In this document: in pieces, positions 15,012 to 29,400 of the stretch
Position numbering within the stretch: position 1 is the stretch's first letter
Layout of the letters: every line of letters starts with the position of its first letter
Assembly (NCBI GenBank): GCA_012295275.1
Contig: CM022677.1
Span: 5,394,001 to 5,458,000 of the forward strand
Length of the DNA: 64,000 nucleotides
Origin: Chrysomallon squamiferum
Lineage: Eukaryota > Animalia > Mollusca
Direction of reading: 5' to 3'
Position numbers and translations under genes: made by a program
The notes under the pieces: generated by a model
What the model saw: only the letters and a program-made list of their open reading frames with translations
Told to the model about the DNA's origin: nothing
Databases searched by the model: none

Positions 15012-15791
15012 ATGGGAAAAGCGTCCAAGAAACAGAAAGCACAGGATGATAACCCTGAAAAGCCTCCAAATTGGCGAAAGATTTCCGAACGTGGAGAAAC
15101 ATCACATAGAGGACCAGGGACATCAACATCTAGGAAACGGAAAGCACAGGATGATGGGTGCCCGAAGAAGCCTCCAAAAGGGCGAAAGATTTCCGAACGT
15201 GACCCTGGAGAAACATCACGTAGAGGACCAGGGGCATCAACATCTAGGAAACGGAAAGCACAGGATGATGGGTGCCCGAAGAAGCCTCCAAAAGGGCGAA
15301 AGATTTCCGAACGTGACCCTGTAAAAGCAGCATGTGGAGAAAGACCAGGGATGTCAACATCACCATCACCCAGCACTGCTGAATCAACACAACAGCCTGA
15401 ATCAGATAAGTCACCTACTTGTTCTTTGTGTTCAGAAGAATTTTTAGATAAGTGTCATGCAGACTCGTGTTTACATGAATTTTGTTTCAGCTGTTTGGAG
15501 AGGTGGTCTAGAAGCAGAAGAAATTGTCCAGTTTGCTCTGCAAGATTCACCGCCATCGTGTACAACTTAAGAGATGGAAACTGCGAGATGTACACATTGG
15601 CACCTCTCAGAGTCAGAAGAGTCAGAAGAGTCAGACGACATTCTGCAGCTGGATTCATCAGACGTATATTTGTGTATATCGGTCGTATATTTACGTATAT
15701 TAGTCGTACATTTACTTCTCTGTTGTGGAAAATCTTATTTGTTCTAATCGAATTTTGTCTTCTGATAGGTCGTTTACTAGGATTTGTGTAA
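15012..15791 (+). CDS. C3HC4 RING finger protein (Topors-like RING, putative E3 ligase) with basic N-terminal repeats and hydrophobic C-terminus
   Basis: Uninterrupted ORF from ATG 15012 (possible acceptor ttgcag at 14993-14998 just upstream). RING: CSLC-x11-CLHEFCFSC-x10-CPVC followed by FTAIVYNL, matching the recalled Topors-type pattern. 114-bp (38-aa) repeats with RKRK motifs start at 15132 and 15246. Confidence 0.8.
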   Translation: MGKASKKQKAQDDNPEKPPNWRKISERGETSHRGPGTSTSRKRKAQDDGCPKKPPKGRKISERDPGETSRRGPGASTSRKRKAQDDGCPKKPPKGRKISERDPVKAACGERPGMSTSPSPSTAESTQQPESDKSPTCSLCSEEFLDKCHADSCLHEFCFSCLERWSRSRRNCPVCSARFTAIVYNLRDGNCEMYTLAPLRVRRVRRVRRHSAAGFIRRIFVYIGRIFTYISRTFTSLLWKILFVLIEFCLLIGRLLGFV

Positions 15792-16404
15792 TATTAGAAA
15801 CCTTACAACGTTACTGTAGGTGTATTGCTTTAACTTCAGCTGGCATCCTTCTGTCATTTTTTTTAATTTTATGATGATGATAATAACAGTAATAGATACA
15901 GACATTTATTTGTAAAATGTTTATTTGAAGTTGGTAATATCTGCAGTGATAATAACATTCTGTCCCTTTTGCTCCAGCATATCAGTGCTATAGGAGATTG
16001 TGTTGATGATGTTGACGTGAAGCTGGTTATGCTCCTTGCAGCTCCACAACCCTTGACAGGTGGGCTCAGGTTTGTATTGTTTTTTAATTAATAAGTACTA
16101 ACAATTAACATGAATACTAACCATTAACCAGGTAGTAAACGTTATATAGAGACACACATATATCCATACAGACACATACGAATATCCATACAGACAGAAC
16201 ACACACAGAACTACACTAACATATATACAAACATATATACACTCACACACAGAAACATATTAACATTTAACAAATACTAACCTTAACCAACTAGTTACAA
16301 TTACTAATAATTACCACATACTTATCTGAATACGTGTATAAACACAAACACACACACACGTCAACACACACACACATTCACATACGCACATATTATTTTA
16401 CAAT

Positions 16405-16710
16405 TAAAACAAATTCTAACCATTAACCAAATACTAAAATTTAACAAATACTAACCATTAACAAAATAGTAACCATTAACCAAATACTAATGTTTAACAA
16501 TACTAACCATTAAGAACATATTAACAATTAACCAAATACTAACATTTAACAAATACTAACCATTATCAAAATACTAACCATTAACCAAATACTAACCATT
16601 AACCAAATACTAACCATTAACCAAATACTAATATTTAACAAATACTATTAACAAAATACTAACCATTAACCAAATACTAACATTTAACAAATACTAACCA
16701 TTACTAACAT
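16405..16710. repeat. Minisatellite, ~18-bp unit aaatactaaccattaacc
   Basis: Direct inspection. A degenerate reverse-complement version lies at 40670-40820 and 53595-53745. Confidence 0.9.
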
Positions 16711-17112
16711 CCCCTACGTGTACTGAACCTCACCGTGGTATAGGGGTGGCAACATTTCCAAAGGGAATGGCTAATTAGTACATTAATATAATAACATTTA
16801 ATTGGTTAGAGAGATAGACAGATTGATAAATAAATAGATATACGTACAGACAGACAGAGATAGTTACTGAAGATAGGTGAACAGATGGATACACAGGGTA
16901 CTGCTACTTTTTCTAATTTCGAATACAGTGCCACTAATTTGAAAGCCCTTTCTATATACAGATAGACAGACAGGCCAACAGAGTATAGACAGAAGTGTAT
17001 GTACTTAAGAATAAGTTATGACATATAAATATTTCCCTCTGGCTTTCTTACTCTCTCTGTCACTCCCCAGATTACTCTAATTAGATGGATTATTTCATTT
17101 TACCAGATATTA
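16690..17112. repeat. Dispersed repeat, inverted paralogs at ~40290-40820 and ~53210-53745
   Basis: ttactaacatcccctacgtgtactgaac...ggcaacatttccaaagggaatggctaattagtacattaat and ttactctaattagatggattattt are found reverse-complemented at those loci. Confidence 0.85.
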
Positions 17113-17949
17113 ATTGATAATTAAGTATTACAGGTTCTGTGATTAACACAAACTGTTACAGACATCTTTGTATCTTATCATATTTACTTCGTATCGATAG
17201 ATGACGACTATGCTTTCAGTGTACACAAACAGAGACTAGATTTTCAGATTAATGTTCTCTTCATAAACAATACCAGAAATCACTAGTCTCTCATTAACGA
17301 TTTATTGGTACCTCCAGTCATGCCTCCCTCCTAACTCCATATATTTGTCATCATACAGTTTATAGATTAAGCCAACTTCGATCGATATATCACTCAATCC
17401 ATGGACCTACAATGAGGACCGTATTGGTTAAGAATGTGACAATGTCTGAAAAGTAATTGCTTAAATAATTGAAAACCTTTATGTCCATAACTCCCTCCTA
17501 TTTTCCATTTATTACTTTCCCAATTCTTCTTTGCATCCATCCGTTCATCTAATACATCATCCATCCTTACTTTATTCCATGTTTCTATCTATCTATCTCC
17601 CTATGAATATAATTTGTTTTATTTCATCATCAATTTCTCTGACTATTTCTAACATAGTTATTAGAAACAGACTTTAATGAAGAAATCAAATGATTTATAT
17701 AATTATGTCTCATTCTCTGAAAAATCATACACGCATGGCATACTTCTCTGTTTCATACACAGGTCAATACCTGTTCTCTCTGTAACACATAAACACATGA
17801 AATAACACCTACATATCTCACTATCTATTCATAATCCAATACACACATAAACATAAAGTTATTCACACACTGAGTTATATACCAATCCTCTAACATAAAT
17901 ACACATACTCATGATTATGAACCTATGTATCTGTGTATCTATTTATGAT

Positions 17950-17988
<39 letters not shown>

Positions 17989-18250
17989 CTATATATGTTT
18001 ATATATATGTGTCCATGTGTTTGTGTGTGTGTCCACCCATCCATGTATATCTACCCTCTCTAACACACATATATATATACACATAAATCTATTCACTCAT
18101 GTATTTAATCTATTATCTCTCTATCAATCATCTGACTCTGTCAAAAATCCACAAAAAAGCACACTATCTTTGACATGCATTTATATACCCATTCTCTCTA
18201 ACACATTTATATTTATACACACACATACACATCAATTTATCTGTTAGCTG

Positions 18251-18288
<38 letters not shown>

Positions 18289-18645
18289 TTGTCTACCTAA
18301 CATGTCAATCTATCTCTGAAACGATGTCTGACTATCCCTGTATCAATCTATCTCACCTTCTCAGTTATACATAGCACAAGTATATATTGAACAAACACAC
18401 ACACGTACATATACACTCTCTCTACATCCTTTTTAAATATTTAAATACATTTTTTTTTATCTATCTATAAATATATCTATTTATCTAACTATTTATGCCA
18501 TATACATAAGCAACAGAGTCAGTCGTTCTGACAGCTGTGCAGTATAAACTCATGGCTCCTTACATCTATCTATCTTTCTATAATCTGTCTACCTTTCTTC
18601 TGTCTATCAGTTTACCTGTCTGTTATCATCTACCATCTATCCACC

Positions 18646-18687
<42 letters not shown>

Positions 18688-19828
18688 ACAGTTACTTATC
18701 CTTTTATATACGTATACATACTAATCATCTTCTAAACATACAAATACATTATTATTCCTATACACGTGTGTGTATGTATATATGTATGTATGTATGTGTG
18801 TTTATCTATATAGATAAATCCATCTCTCCAACCAGCGTCATTTTATTTTATTTTATTTCAATTATTTAATTTATTTTCATTAATTAACTGATTTTTTAAT
18901 TTTTTTTATTATTATTTTTTATTTTTTTGGCTGGCGATGTCGTAATAATATGTGAAAAAAAAATAGTACGAAATGGCTACGAGATGGTATATTACGTCAA
19001 CGTTACAAAAAAAAAAAAAAGAGAAAAAGAGAACAAAAGAATAATTAAAGAAATGTTGCCACCTTTTCAGCAATTACTCTACAGTATTAGCCATCTATGT
19101 ATAAGAGGCATTGGTTATATGACATACTTCTCCAAATTACTTTTAATGATTCATGTAGAATTATTGCTTTATAAAGGACAACAGCTTTAAAAGTTTGTAA
19201 ACACTAATCGGCGTCCGATGCAGCCATATTGGATTTTGATCGGAAGTTTCCGTGAGTTCTCGGAAGTTTTTAAACTTCAAAATTCAATTATTTTACATCT
19301 ACTTTCTGAACTTTTTATGATTTACACAGATAAAGAATAAACCGGCGCCTTTCCTAACTACTTTTTCAATTAAAATAAATGAAATAAATAAATAAAATAA
19401 ATAAATAAAATTAAATGAAAAACAATAAATGAAATAGCATCTTTACAATAATTCATTAAAAAATAATATCATGTTAAATAAACAAAAAATACAGGAAACT
19501 GGTTTGTTAAAAGATAAAGAAAACGCAGGGAATGTTAATAAGCTGGTTCTGTCTGCTACAAAACACTCTACAGAATTGGTTATTTTCATCTAAAAGCAAC
19601 AAATCTAATTTACCGTCACCGCGTATATGCGAGGAGTAATCTATTTCATAAGTTCGTGGTCTAAGAGAAACAACTCTATTTAACACGCACGTTGGTAAAT
19701 ATACAAAAAAGACTGAGTGTTGAGTAAAATTTAAAAAAATAAAAGAAAAAGAGAATTCAAGTCGCTTGAATATAGATCATTTACTGAATTTACTAAACTC
19801 ACTAAAATTATTTTATTAAAAACTAGTA

Positions 19829-20106
19829 GAATAAGTTGGGGTGATTCTGGCCCCCGAGGTATATTATGACTTGCAGCCGCTATACTCCATTATGAGATTT
19901 CAAAACATAAGGTTAGTGATAAGTTATAACAGGTAAACAGATAATCAGTTATTAAGTTCAGCAGAAGAAACTTGATTAATATGTGATAATTAGGCAAAAA
20001 ATATGCGTTTTATTTTACTCCACCACTTGGGGCAATACTGGCCCCTATGGATGGGGTAAATTTGGCCCCCATATTTGGTGGTGAAATCAATAGTTTTGGT
20101 ATTGAA
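19829..20106 (+). mobile_element. Terminal fragment of a pogo/Tc1-mariner-like DNA transposon
   Basis: TA followed by gaataagttggggtgattctggccc matches the TIR at 39503 (21/25). Subterminal ggggcaatactggcccc and ggggtaaatttggccccc repeats are present. 20061-20106 is the reverse complement of ~40177-40220. Confidence 0.6.
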
Positions 20107-20119
20107 AAATATCTTAAAT

Positions 20120-21260
20120 TTAGTAGAGACAAGTTATCGAGAAATAAGTAGAGACAGACAAATATAGAAAGGCTGATACATGGGATAGACAGATGTAGTT
20201 AGACAAGAGACACTATAAGAGATACAGGAAGAGAGACAGATAGAAAGGTAGAGGGACAGATGTGATCTAGGTAGTAGAGAGAGGTAGAGCCAAATGATAG
20301 AGAAGATAACAGGTAGGAAAGCTGAGACATGGGACAGACATAGAGAGACAGAAACACATAATCAAGATATAACTAAAGAGATAGATAGAGAAAGTCATGG
20401 GATAGAGATATAGGTGTAGAGAGTGATGTAGACAAGTGGCAGAGATATAGGTGGAGAGACAGAAAAAAGTGAAGATATATAGAGAGTGATAGAGACAAGT
20501 GATAGAGATATAGCGAAAGGGGAAAGTGACGGAGATAGGTGGAGAGACACAGACAGGTAATTGACATTTAGGCAGAGATTGATTTGGGATACTGGTTCGT
20601 GTAGAGAGACATAGAAATGATACATTTATCAGTAGAGAGATAGAGAAGTGATAAAGGCAGAGAGAGAAACAAGTCATAGAGAGATATATTCACTATATAG
20701 ATGAACTGATGATGAATGATAAAGAGACAGGTTGATAGATAGACAGACAGGTGGACAGATAGATAGTGAAAAGCATGGTTACATGGATTGTAGATGTTAT
20801 AATAAGGTCGACTGGTTAGACTAACATACAGAAACACAGAGTGAACAGGCAGACAAACACGCAGATAGCGAGAGAAAGATTAAGGGACAGAATAACGGAT
20901 TCGGACAGTTAGAGACACATATTAGAGTGACAAATATGTCCAAATACTGAACAGTCTAAAGAGAGTTTCAGAGAGAGAAAGAGAGATGGATAGAAACAAA
21001 CACATAGATAGCTAGATTGATTATATATGGACAGATAGCTGGACAAACAGGCAGAAGGTTTTAATATTTATAAGTTTAACAGACTGATGAACAGACCCAC
21101 AGTGTTGACAAATTTACATATTTACAGAAAGAGAAGAATAGATGAATAGACGAACAGACAGACAGAGAGTCAGAAAAACAATTAGAATGCTGGATGAATA
21201 CAGAGATTGAAAGACAGAAAAATAGAAAAAATAGATATGGAAATTTATAGAAACCGGTAT
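20120..21260. repeat. Purine-rich low-complexity region (degenerate GAGA/GATA/GACA)
   Basis: Strongly strand-biased composition. The overlapping minus-strand ORFs are Leu/Ser/Tyr-rich artefacts. Confidence 0.8.
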
Positions 21261-22109
21261 GGCAAGGAAATCATATGCTGCTGCATCAAAGTATCAGCCA
21301 GATGTTTTAAAATTGATTTAATGTTGCGATAATGAAACAAAAATTATCATACAGACATTTAAAATACAACAAATGCTGAATAAAAGCAAAATGAAACTAT
21401 TGTAAAACACTTTAATCACACTAAATTCAAATGTGTTAATTTTTACGTTGTTTATTACTTTCCATTTCTTTCTTTTTTTTTATATATTTTTTTTTTTTTT
21501 TTGTAAATATTTTCTGTTGACTATTTACACCTTACAAAAGGTAAATATTTGTTATTTTGTTTTAAAGAGTAATTACTGATATTAACGAGCAAAAATTAAA
21601 ATAGTGAGAGGGAGACAGGAATACTGACTTGTTTCTATAGATTTATAACAGCCCATACTCTGGCTCTGTCTCTGTCTGTCTCTCTCTGTCTCTCTTGCTG
21701 TTAAATATGTATCCAGATATTTATGTGTCTCATCCTACATCAATCTGATTTCTGTCTAGCCGATATTTTCATGTCTCAATCTATCCTTTCATGCATTAAT
21801 TTATCAAAAATCTCTCTACTCCTCCATACACCAGTCTCTCCACACATGCTTACAAACACCCATCCATCCACACAGTGTTCCTGCATTCCTCAACCATACA
21901 TTCAGTAATTAGGTCTTTAGTCCATAATGCAGCAGCCATCATTAAAACATATCTGATGCACATATTAACTAACAAAAATATCGTTCCTATGTAGCGCATA
22001 CACTCATTGTGAAGAAATAATAAATAATAATAATAAAAATAAATTTTAGAAAGCAAATAATGTAATTTATTAATAACTTCTTATGCAAGCGAGGAAAATA
22101 TATAACAAT

Positions 22110-22143
<34 letters not shown>

Positions 22144-23023
22144 AATAATAATAATAATAATAATAATAATAAGAAGAAGAATTCGCGATATTTTTCGAGC
22201 GAACTGACTCATTTTTAAGAAGATAGTTCTGTAAACGTTGGATTTTACTCTGGTTCTAAAAACATTACGTTCTCTTGTTTAAGTATTAGTGCCATCGCAA
22301 ATAAAGTAATAGTAATAATACATACAAACTTAAATCACCACAGCGCTTTACAATAAAGCATTTCATAATATTCTGACATTTAAAAATACGTCTATACTGC
22401 TCAGCTGTTGATGGAAATGTTTCCTGTGAATCATTAATGAATACACCCAGTGAATAGTTGCTACAACATTTTTTCTTACTTCTAAAATAAATGTTTTCAC
22501 TTAAGGTCTATCTTGTTAACAGATGCTTTACTCGAAACGATTTATTTTTTTAAATATTATAAAAGCTTTGTATATTTTTGTTATTTGTTTTATTTCTGAG
22601 CTAAGTCTGCGGAATGTATGTAGGTAGCCAGGGACTGGTTGACCTAGAGACTAACAACGTCACACTAGATTAATTTTTTCACTGTGGAATGTCTTACCTC
22701 TCTGTTACTGAGCTTTTTATTAAAACTCTTCTATATCGGTTACGTAAACACCTCAGTGGACTTTTCTCTTTATTTACGTTTGATTGCCACTGTTTATTTG
22801 TAATAGTTTGTAAAGTTTCTGTCTTGTTTATTAAACTGTTTACTGTGTTGGTAGATCGGAATATAAATTGTTTGTTTCAGTCAATGTTTACTTACCCAAG
22901 CTGTTTTTATTTTTATTTTTATTTTTTGTTGTTGTTTCATAGTTTTATCAGTATTTTATTATGTTTATTCTTTATACCAATTTGTTAAGCTTTAATAACA
23001 ACAACAACAACAACAACAACAAC

Positions 23024-23071
<48 letters not shown>

Positions 23072-23073
<2 letters not shown>

Positions 23074-23785
23074 TGATGATGCTCTCTGTCGTGGTGATGA
23101 CGTTATTAAAATACGACAGAAACATCGTCTGAAATGTCGCTACCATTACAACAACAAAAATCCGCTTTTAATTCTTAAGCCTGCTAAAGAAGAGATTATG
23201 CATTTCTCACCAAAAATTGTTCTCTATCATGATTTTATCAGTGATGCTGCAATTGAAGACATTAAAACAGTTTCTTTGCCACTTTTACAACCATCTGAAA
23301 TCAATCACTGTGGAAAAAATATCAAATCTGAGAAAAGAATTAACAAACATACATATCTAGGAAGAGGTCGCATAGAAGCAGACACGAGAAGTCAGAAAAG
23401 AATTGAAGCAATCACAGGTCTTTCAATGAAAGCTTCAGAACCACTTCAGGTGGCAAACTAAGGAATAGACGGAGAGTTCACGGCTCATACTGACTATTTC
23501 AACATAGCATATTCTTCCGGTGAAAACATAATTGCTACGTGGTTAAACTATTTGAGTGATATAGAAGGAGGTGCAACAGTGTTTCCTTATCTTGGTGTAA
23601 GAATACAACCTAAAGCAGGTGCAGCTATATTTTGGTATAATTTATATCGGAATGGTTCACCTAACAAAATGACAATTCACGGAGCTTGTCCCGTTCTTAT
23701 TGGCTCTAAATGGGTATCAACTTACTGGATTCTAGAAAAAGAGCAAGTATTCAAGCGACCATGTTCCACAAATCCAGAAGGATAA
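23072..23785 (+). pseudogene. Prolyl 4-hydroxylase alpha subunit catalytic domain, intronless, one in-frame stop, 5' end lost at an (AAC/AAT)n tract
   Basis: One frame reads ALCRG..LKCRY..PLLILKPAKEE..IVLYHDFISD..EPLQVAN*GIDGEFTAHTDYF..IATWLNYLSDIEGGATVFP..AAIFWYNL..IHGACPVLIGSKWVS..FKRPC. HxD, distal H and K of the 2OG-Fe(II) site are retained. TAA at 23459-23461 replaces the Tyr of the NYG motif; track ORFs 22961-23461 and 23552-23785 are in the same frame. Confidence 0.9.
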
Positions 23786-26224
23786 ATGAAACACGATGCA
23801 ACTTTTAATGTGCGCAGATGCTAGAAAGAGATTTCTTGTTTATTGATTAATTTGTTGTTTGTAAATATTTTCCATAGGCATTTATTTAAAATAATAAATA
23901 AATAATAAAATATATAGTAAAAGTATTTGTTATTGGATTTTATTGATTTCCTTTATTTTTATTTCTTTTATTATTATTATTTTTTTTTCATCCCTTCTTT
24001 CTTTCTTGGTTAATTCCGCAGTATTTTTCAAAGATGCCTGTTTGTGTAAATGATTACTCTCGTTCAAAATATAATAATTACGTCCTCTTGTCTCTCGATT
24101 TTCTTCAAGGCCTTAGAATCATTGCAAAAGCTACACTTTGCCTTTAGACATAAAATACAACGACAAACCTATATAAACATACTTGCTCATTGTAACATCT
24201 GTTATATTAGTTAATTCTTTGTTCTTGAGATGAAAATTCAAGATCGTTTTAACTTGTAAAAGGAGATATATTTTAAAGGATTGTTTAATTAATTAATTTA
24301 TTTATTTACTAAAAATAATAATAAAAAAACAACAACAAAATAATCAAATAATCTGAATGTGAATATTTATAATATTTTTTTTTTTTAAATAGTTATTTTT
24401 CATAGGTCCGTATGTTTAAAGTAGTAAATTTACCAGTGTCTACTTATTTCAGCCAAACGTCGACAAGTCTCTTTTGATATGCACAGCAAATTTTTATTAT
24501 CAGTAGTCAATAATGGGTTACACTGCTTGTAATAATTAAATCATATATATATATTAGCTGTCCATTGTAGATGTAAATTGTCATTACGTATATGATGCGT
24601 TAAACAATGAGGTCAACAAAGAAGTACACTTCTCTCTCTCTCTCTCTAACACACACACACATACACACAGAAAACAGCTTATTACTTATTAATTCACTGA
24701 GTTAAAATAGACTGTCTTATATTTTTACTGAATTAAAATGTATAACAAAAAAATGTATAAAATTCACCAAATTGAGGTAACATGCGATTCGGTATTTTCC
24801 TAATTCATTTTTATTTTACAGAATTATCATAAATGTCAGTACTCGCTGTACATTGCATAAATTATCCTCGAACATTTCAGATGGCCGGTTTGTTGTAAGT
24901 ATACAAACTGTATTGGTTACGTCATGAATATATGATTTTATTATTATTATTATTATTATTAAAATTTGAATGGACTGACGATACAAACAAACTTTCGTAC
25001 ACTGATTATCTTAAAGTGGCAAAGAAATTAAATCTTCTCCTGCTGTTATCGAAAGCAGCTTTTGCAATTAATGTAAAACTTGGAGGACATGACAGAGGAG
25101 TTTGGAGAGGAATATGAAGAAAACGCAGTCGACAGAGACAACTGATAGACCATTAACATTTGTAATAATAAACCAAATATTTCAGTTTTATGTTATTTTA
25201 ATGTTTGTAAATCGGCACTGTCTAAAACGGCATACCACGCTGGCCTCAATGAATCCGGTTTTGACAGTCGATTGTATTTATTTTTATTGCTTATATTTTA
25301 TCTTAATAGACACGTTATGTTGTTTACTATATATAAATTGATATTCCTTGAACACATCTACACATTTACATGTATTACTCTTTATACAGCTATATACGAC
25401 GTTTCGTTATTCACGATTTTATGTGGTGTGCAGTGTCGTACAACCGTCAACCCCACAAACAGAAAAAATAATAATAATAATAAAAAAAAAAAAAAAAAAA
25501 AATTTAAAAAATGTAGCTGAAGGGAGATTACTCCCATATAATGATTTTTTTTTTTTTTGCGGGGTACGGGATTTCTGCTATTATTTGCGGTATTTGTTAT
25601 TTATGGATTTTGCAAATAAATGTAGATTCTAAGAATCATGACGAGTTGATTTCTTTGTATATTCAGGTAATGCTACAGTACTTTTTTTTTTTTCTTTCTT
25701 TCTTTATATAGTTTGAAGTACATGTTTGTAATTTAGCTTCTAAAATGTTTTGTCGTCTGCGTTTTTGCATAGTTTTCAAGGGCAGATAATCGAAAATAAC
25801 TTATTAAACACTACGATATCGAATCTTGTCACAAGACTCAACTTTAATTTTTTTGAGTAATTTAGCTGAATATTTGTAATAATGAATAACAATATATTGA
25901 CGATCGTTCTTTTGTTGTTTTATTTAATTGCATTCATATTTTATTTTATTCTGATTATTTAAATGTTCTGTTGCTTACTGACATACTGCTCGTACATGAT
26001 TAATTACAATTATTCTTAGTAGCAAGTAGTAGAAGTAGTTGTAATAACTAATACAAATAATAGCAAGTAGTATTTATAGCTGAGTTTTATAAAATAGCTT
26101 ACAATATAAATCACTTTCACACACACACACATGCGTTTTAACGTAACAAGAACAGTAACAACAACTTATACATGTACGTATGTATTTTATTTTTATATTT
26201 TTAGTTTATTATCACTATTTGTGA

Positions 26225-26276
<52 letters not shown>

Positions 26277-26409
26277 TTCATTATCGATATTTTTTTTCAT
26301 TAATTAGCTTTAGGAATGATAAAACAGACTGAATCATAAAAAATCAAAAATAACATGTTTTAATTGTTGCAAAATGTAATAATTTAAAATTATTTCTTTT
26401 CTTTCCCAG

Positions 26410-29400
26410 CTAGACCAGGCGGCCTAGACCTCTCTGAAATGGGAGATAATCGAGCTGAACAACAGGTTGGCACAAGTAACAGCCGAAAGAGATCAGTTAG
26501 AAAAATAACTGACTAAATGTCAGGTAAGAAATGATTTTTTTTTTTTTTAATTCTTTTTTTTTTATCCTAGCATTAGCCTGAAATTAAATCTCCACCTGCA
26601 TTTTAATGTTGTTATTCTAAGAATATAGCCTGACTAGAAAATAACATGTTTGGCAATAACTCTTGGTGATGATTTAAAGCCACTCTGGCTATCTTCCTGG
26701 AAAAGATTTAGAAAATATTTACGTTAACCTGATGATAAAAAGTTTTAATTATTATATATTTACTTTCTGCCTTATTTGATTATTTATGTATTTATTTGGT
26801 TATTTATTTATGATGTTTTCTTAAGCAGACAATAAAACAAAGAATACATAGGTTCAATAAATACAATATATACACATTCAAATTCATAAAAAAATGTCTT
26901 GTGATTTTGAATACTAAGAGAATTTAGTCTGTATGTTTTAAATTTAATAATACACAGTTATATCCAAAAACCATTCAAAACTTCAAATATTTTAGTGATT
27001 CTAAATATTTTGACATTTAATTATTATTTTATGTGTTTGTTAGTGAAATCAGATTGTTTGTTGTCACTAAGAGTGAGAAGATTCACAGTCAGAGAGACTT
27101 CGATGACAGAGTTGACCAGACGGCGGCACGCTACGAGGAACGCGTCACTGAACTTCACAGCGTCATTGCAGAGCTGATGAAGAAAACAGACACCAGATTA
27201 ACGTCATCAGGTCAGTGGTCTTTATTAAATAATATTTAGTGTGAGTTTGCTGTTCTTCCCTGCTTTTAATGAATGATAAAAACAATAATATATCATGACA
27301 CATAATGAAACATAGTTTTGGCTTGTCATTATGTATTGTAAAATAATACCATTTGTTTGCTGGTTTTTCACTGTTTTTAATGGACAAGAAAAGATTCCTG
27401 AAAACCTGAAATTCCAGAAATATATGAAGACATTTAACCATTGTTTTCTTTCATTGTACGAGTCAAGTCAGTCATTCTTCAAATGTAAAACAACACCATT
27501 AGCTTGCTGTTCTTTACTGTGTTTAATGAAAGACTAAGAAATAATTTCTAGGAATTTGTTGAAAATACCAAATTCCAGAAAGTGTAAAGACATTTGAACG
27601 TTTTTTTTTTTTTTTTTATTTTCATTTCTGTGCAGAGAAGAAGATGATTGGACAAAAGCAATGATGGAGGAAGTATCAACGAGAATAATGCAAATGGCTT
27701 CCAGTCTGCGAGACCTGGTAATCATTTAGTTTTATATTTATTTTTTGACTGTACAGTTTTAGCTGTTTTAGATAGATGTCCAATTGTTTTAAAAGTTCAT
27801 TAATTTTAATTTTAATTTATTATATAATACGTACACATTAAAACTGAGAATAATAATAAACGTGTTTTTTTTTTTGTTTTTTTTTGGTTCTTTTAGAAAT
27901 AGGTAATGAAATAAATGCAGAATTTTCCCGAGTTGTCACAGAACTGGAGTCAGCCATTGCAGAAAGAAAATACTTTCCTCTCCACAATGTTGATTGCAAC
28001 GTCGTTCAACATATCAGAGAAGACGTAGAAAAAGACAACGATGAATGTCAGCTCTACAAGAACAGATAGGCAGACAGGAAATAGAACTTACACAGCTATG
28101 TAGCCATATTGAACATATTAATGATGACAGGGAGAAGTTGAAAAGAAAGGTAACTCCGCATAAATATTAAAATAATTATATTTACATTTTTATTTGTAGG
28201 TAGAACTGAAACACAAAACTTAATTATAGAGATTGCTTTTTCCTTCACATATATAGTATGGCTTGTGTTAATAATTTCTGCATTAAGTCTTTTTATGAAA
28301 GAGTAACAGTTAAATTGTTAGTAACTGCATGAAACTGTTATATTCATAAAAAAAAGTACTGTAAAGTTGTTAGTAAATATACGATTTTAAAAGTTTATAG
28401 CAAAAATAGTTAAAGGATAAATTATTACATTTTTGTTTACTGCTGAAAGAGTTACATAATAAATTGTTACATTTTTGTTATAGTTGAAAGAGTTACAGGA
28501 TAAATTGTTTTATTTTGTTACAGTTGAAAAAGCTAGAGGATAAATTGTTACATTTTGTTACAGTTGAAACTTACAGTTGACACAGAATACACTGTTACAT
28601 TTTGTTAAAATTGAAAGTTAGAGGAAAATTATTACATTTTTGTTACAGTTGTACTTTATTGGAATCTATTTTTATACCTTTGTTATTTCTTTTATTACCC
28701 AAAATGGACTTATAAGTAAACAAAACATAGTTTTGCATCTAACTTGGGTTTTTTTCTTACTAAGATAAATTTAGATTTTGTAGTTTATTAAAGTCTATGC
28801 TGTAATTAACTGGACTTTGCATTAACTATCTTTCTAAAAGAATTTTACCTAACTTATAGAATTATAAATTTCTAGTTGATTAACTGACTTTTCCATGACT
28901 AGTAATAATCTTTACCAAACCAACTTTTCATTTTGAATTGTCCAGCATGTCCAGTTCTACGGCCAGCTCAGTGGACACTGACTTCACCAAACTCGATGAA
29001 CAGAGACTGTGTGAGTACATTCAGTCACTGAAGAATGACCTGGCAGCGGTCAGAATGACCGTCATGGAGCTGGAGAGTTTACACTTTGATCATCTGCTTG
29101 ACGAACCCAAGAAAACTCCAGAAGCTTGAAGACTGGATTTGGAAAATGCTGTGTTAATGCAGGAGCTGATGGCTATGAAGGGCAGTCTTATGAAATGTAG
29201 CCCCAACCAAGCATCTGACCGTCATTGGGAAGGAAAAAAAATCAAACAGACTAATCAAACAGGCATTCTTAATTTTGTTAATTTAGTAATGAAAATTGTG
29301 TTTCAGTTTTTTACTATATTAACTTGCATTTACTTGTACTTTTTCTTTATTTTTTTATTTTTTTTTATTAATGGCAGTTTGGTCTTTGTGTCTTATTCCA

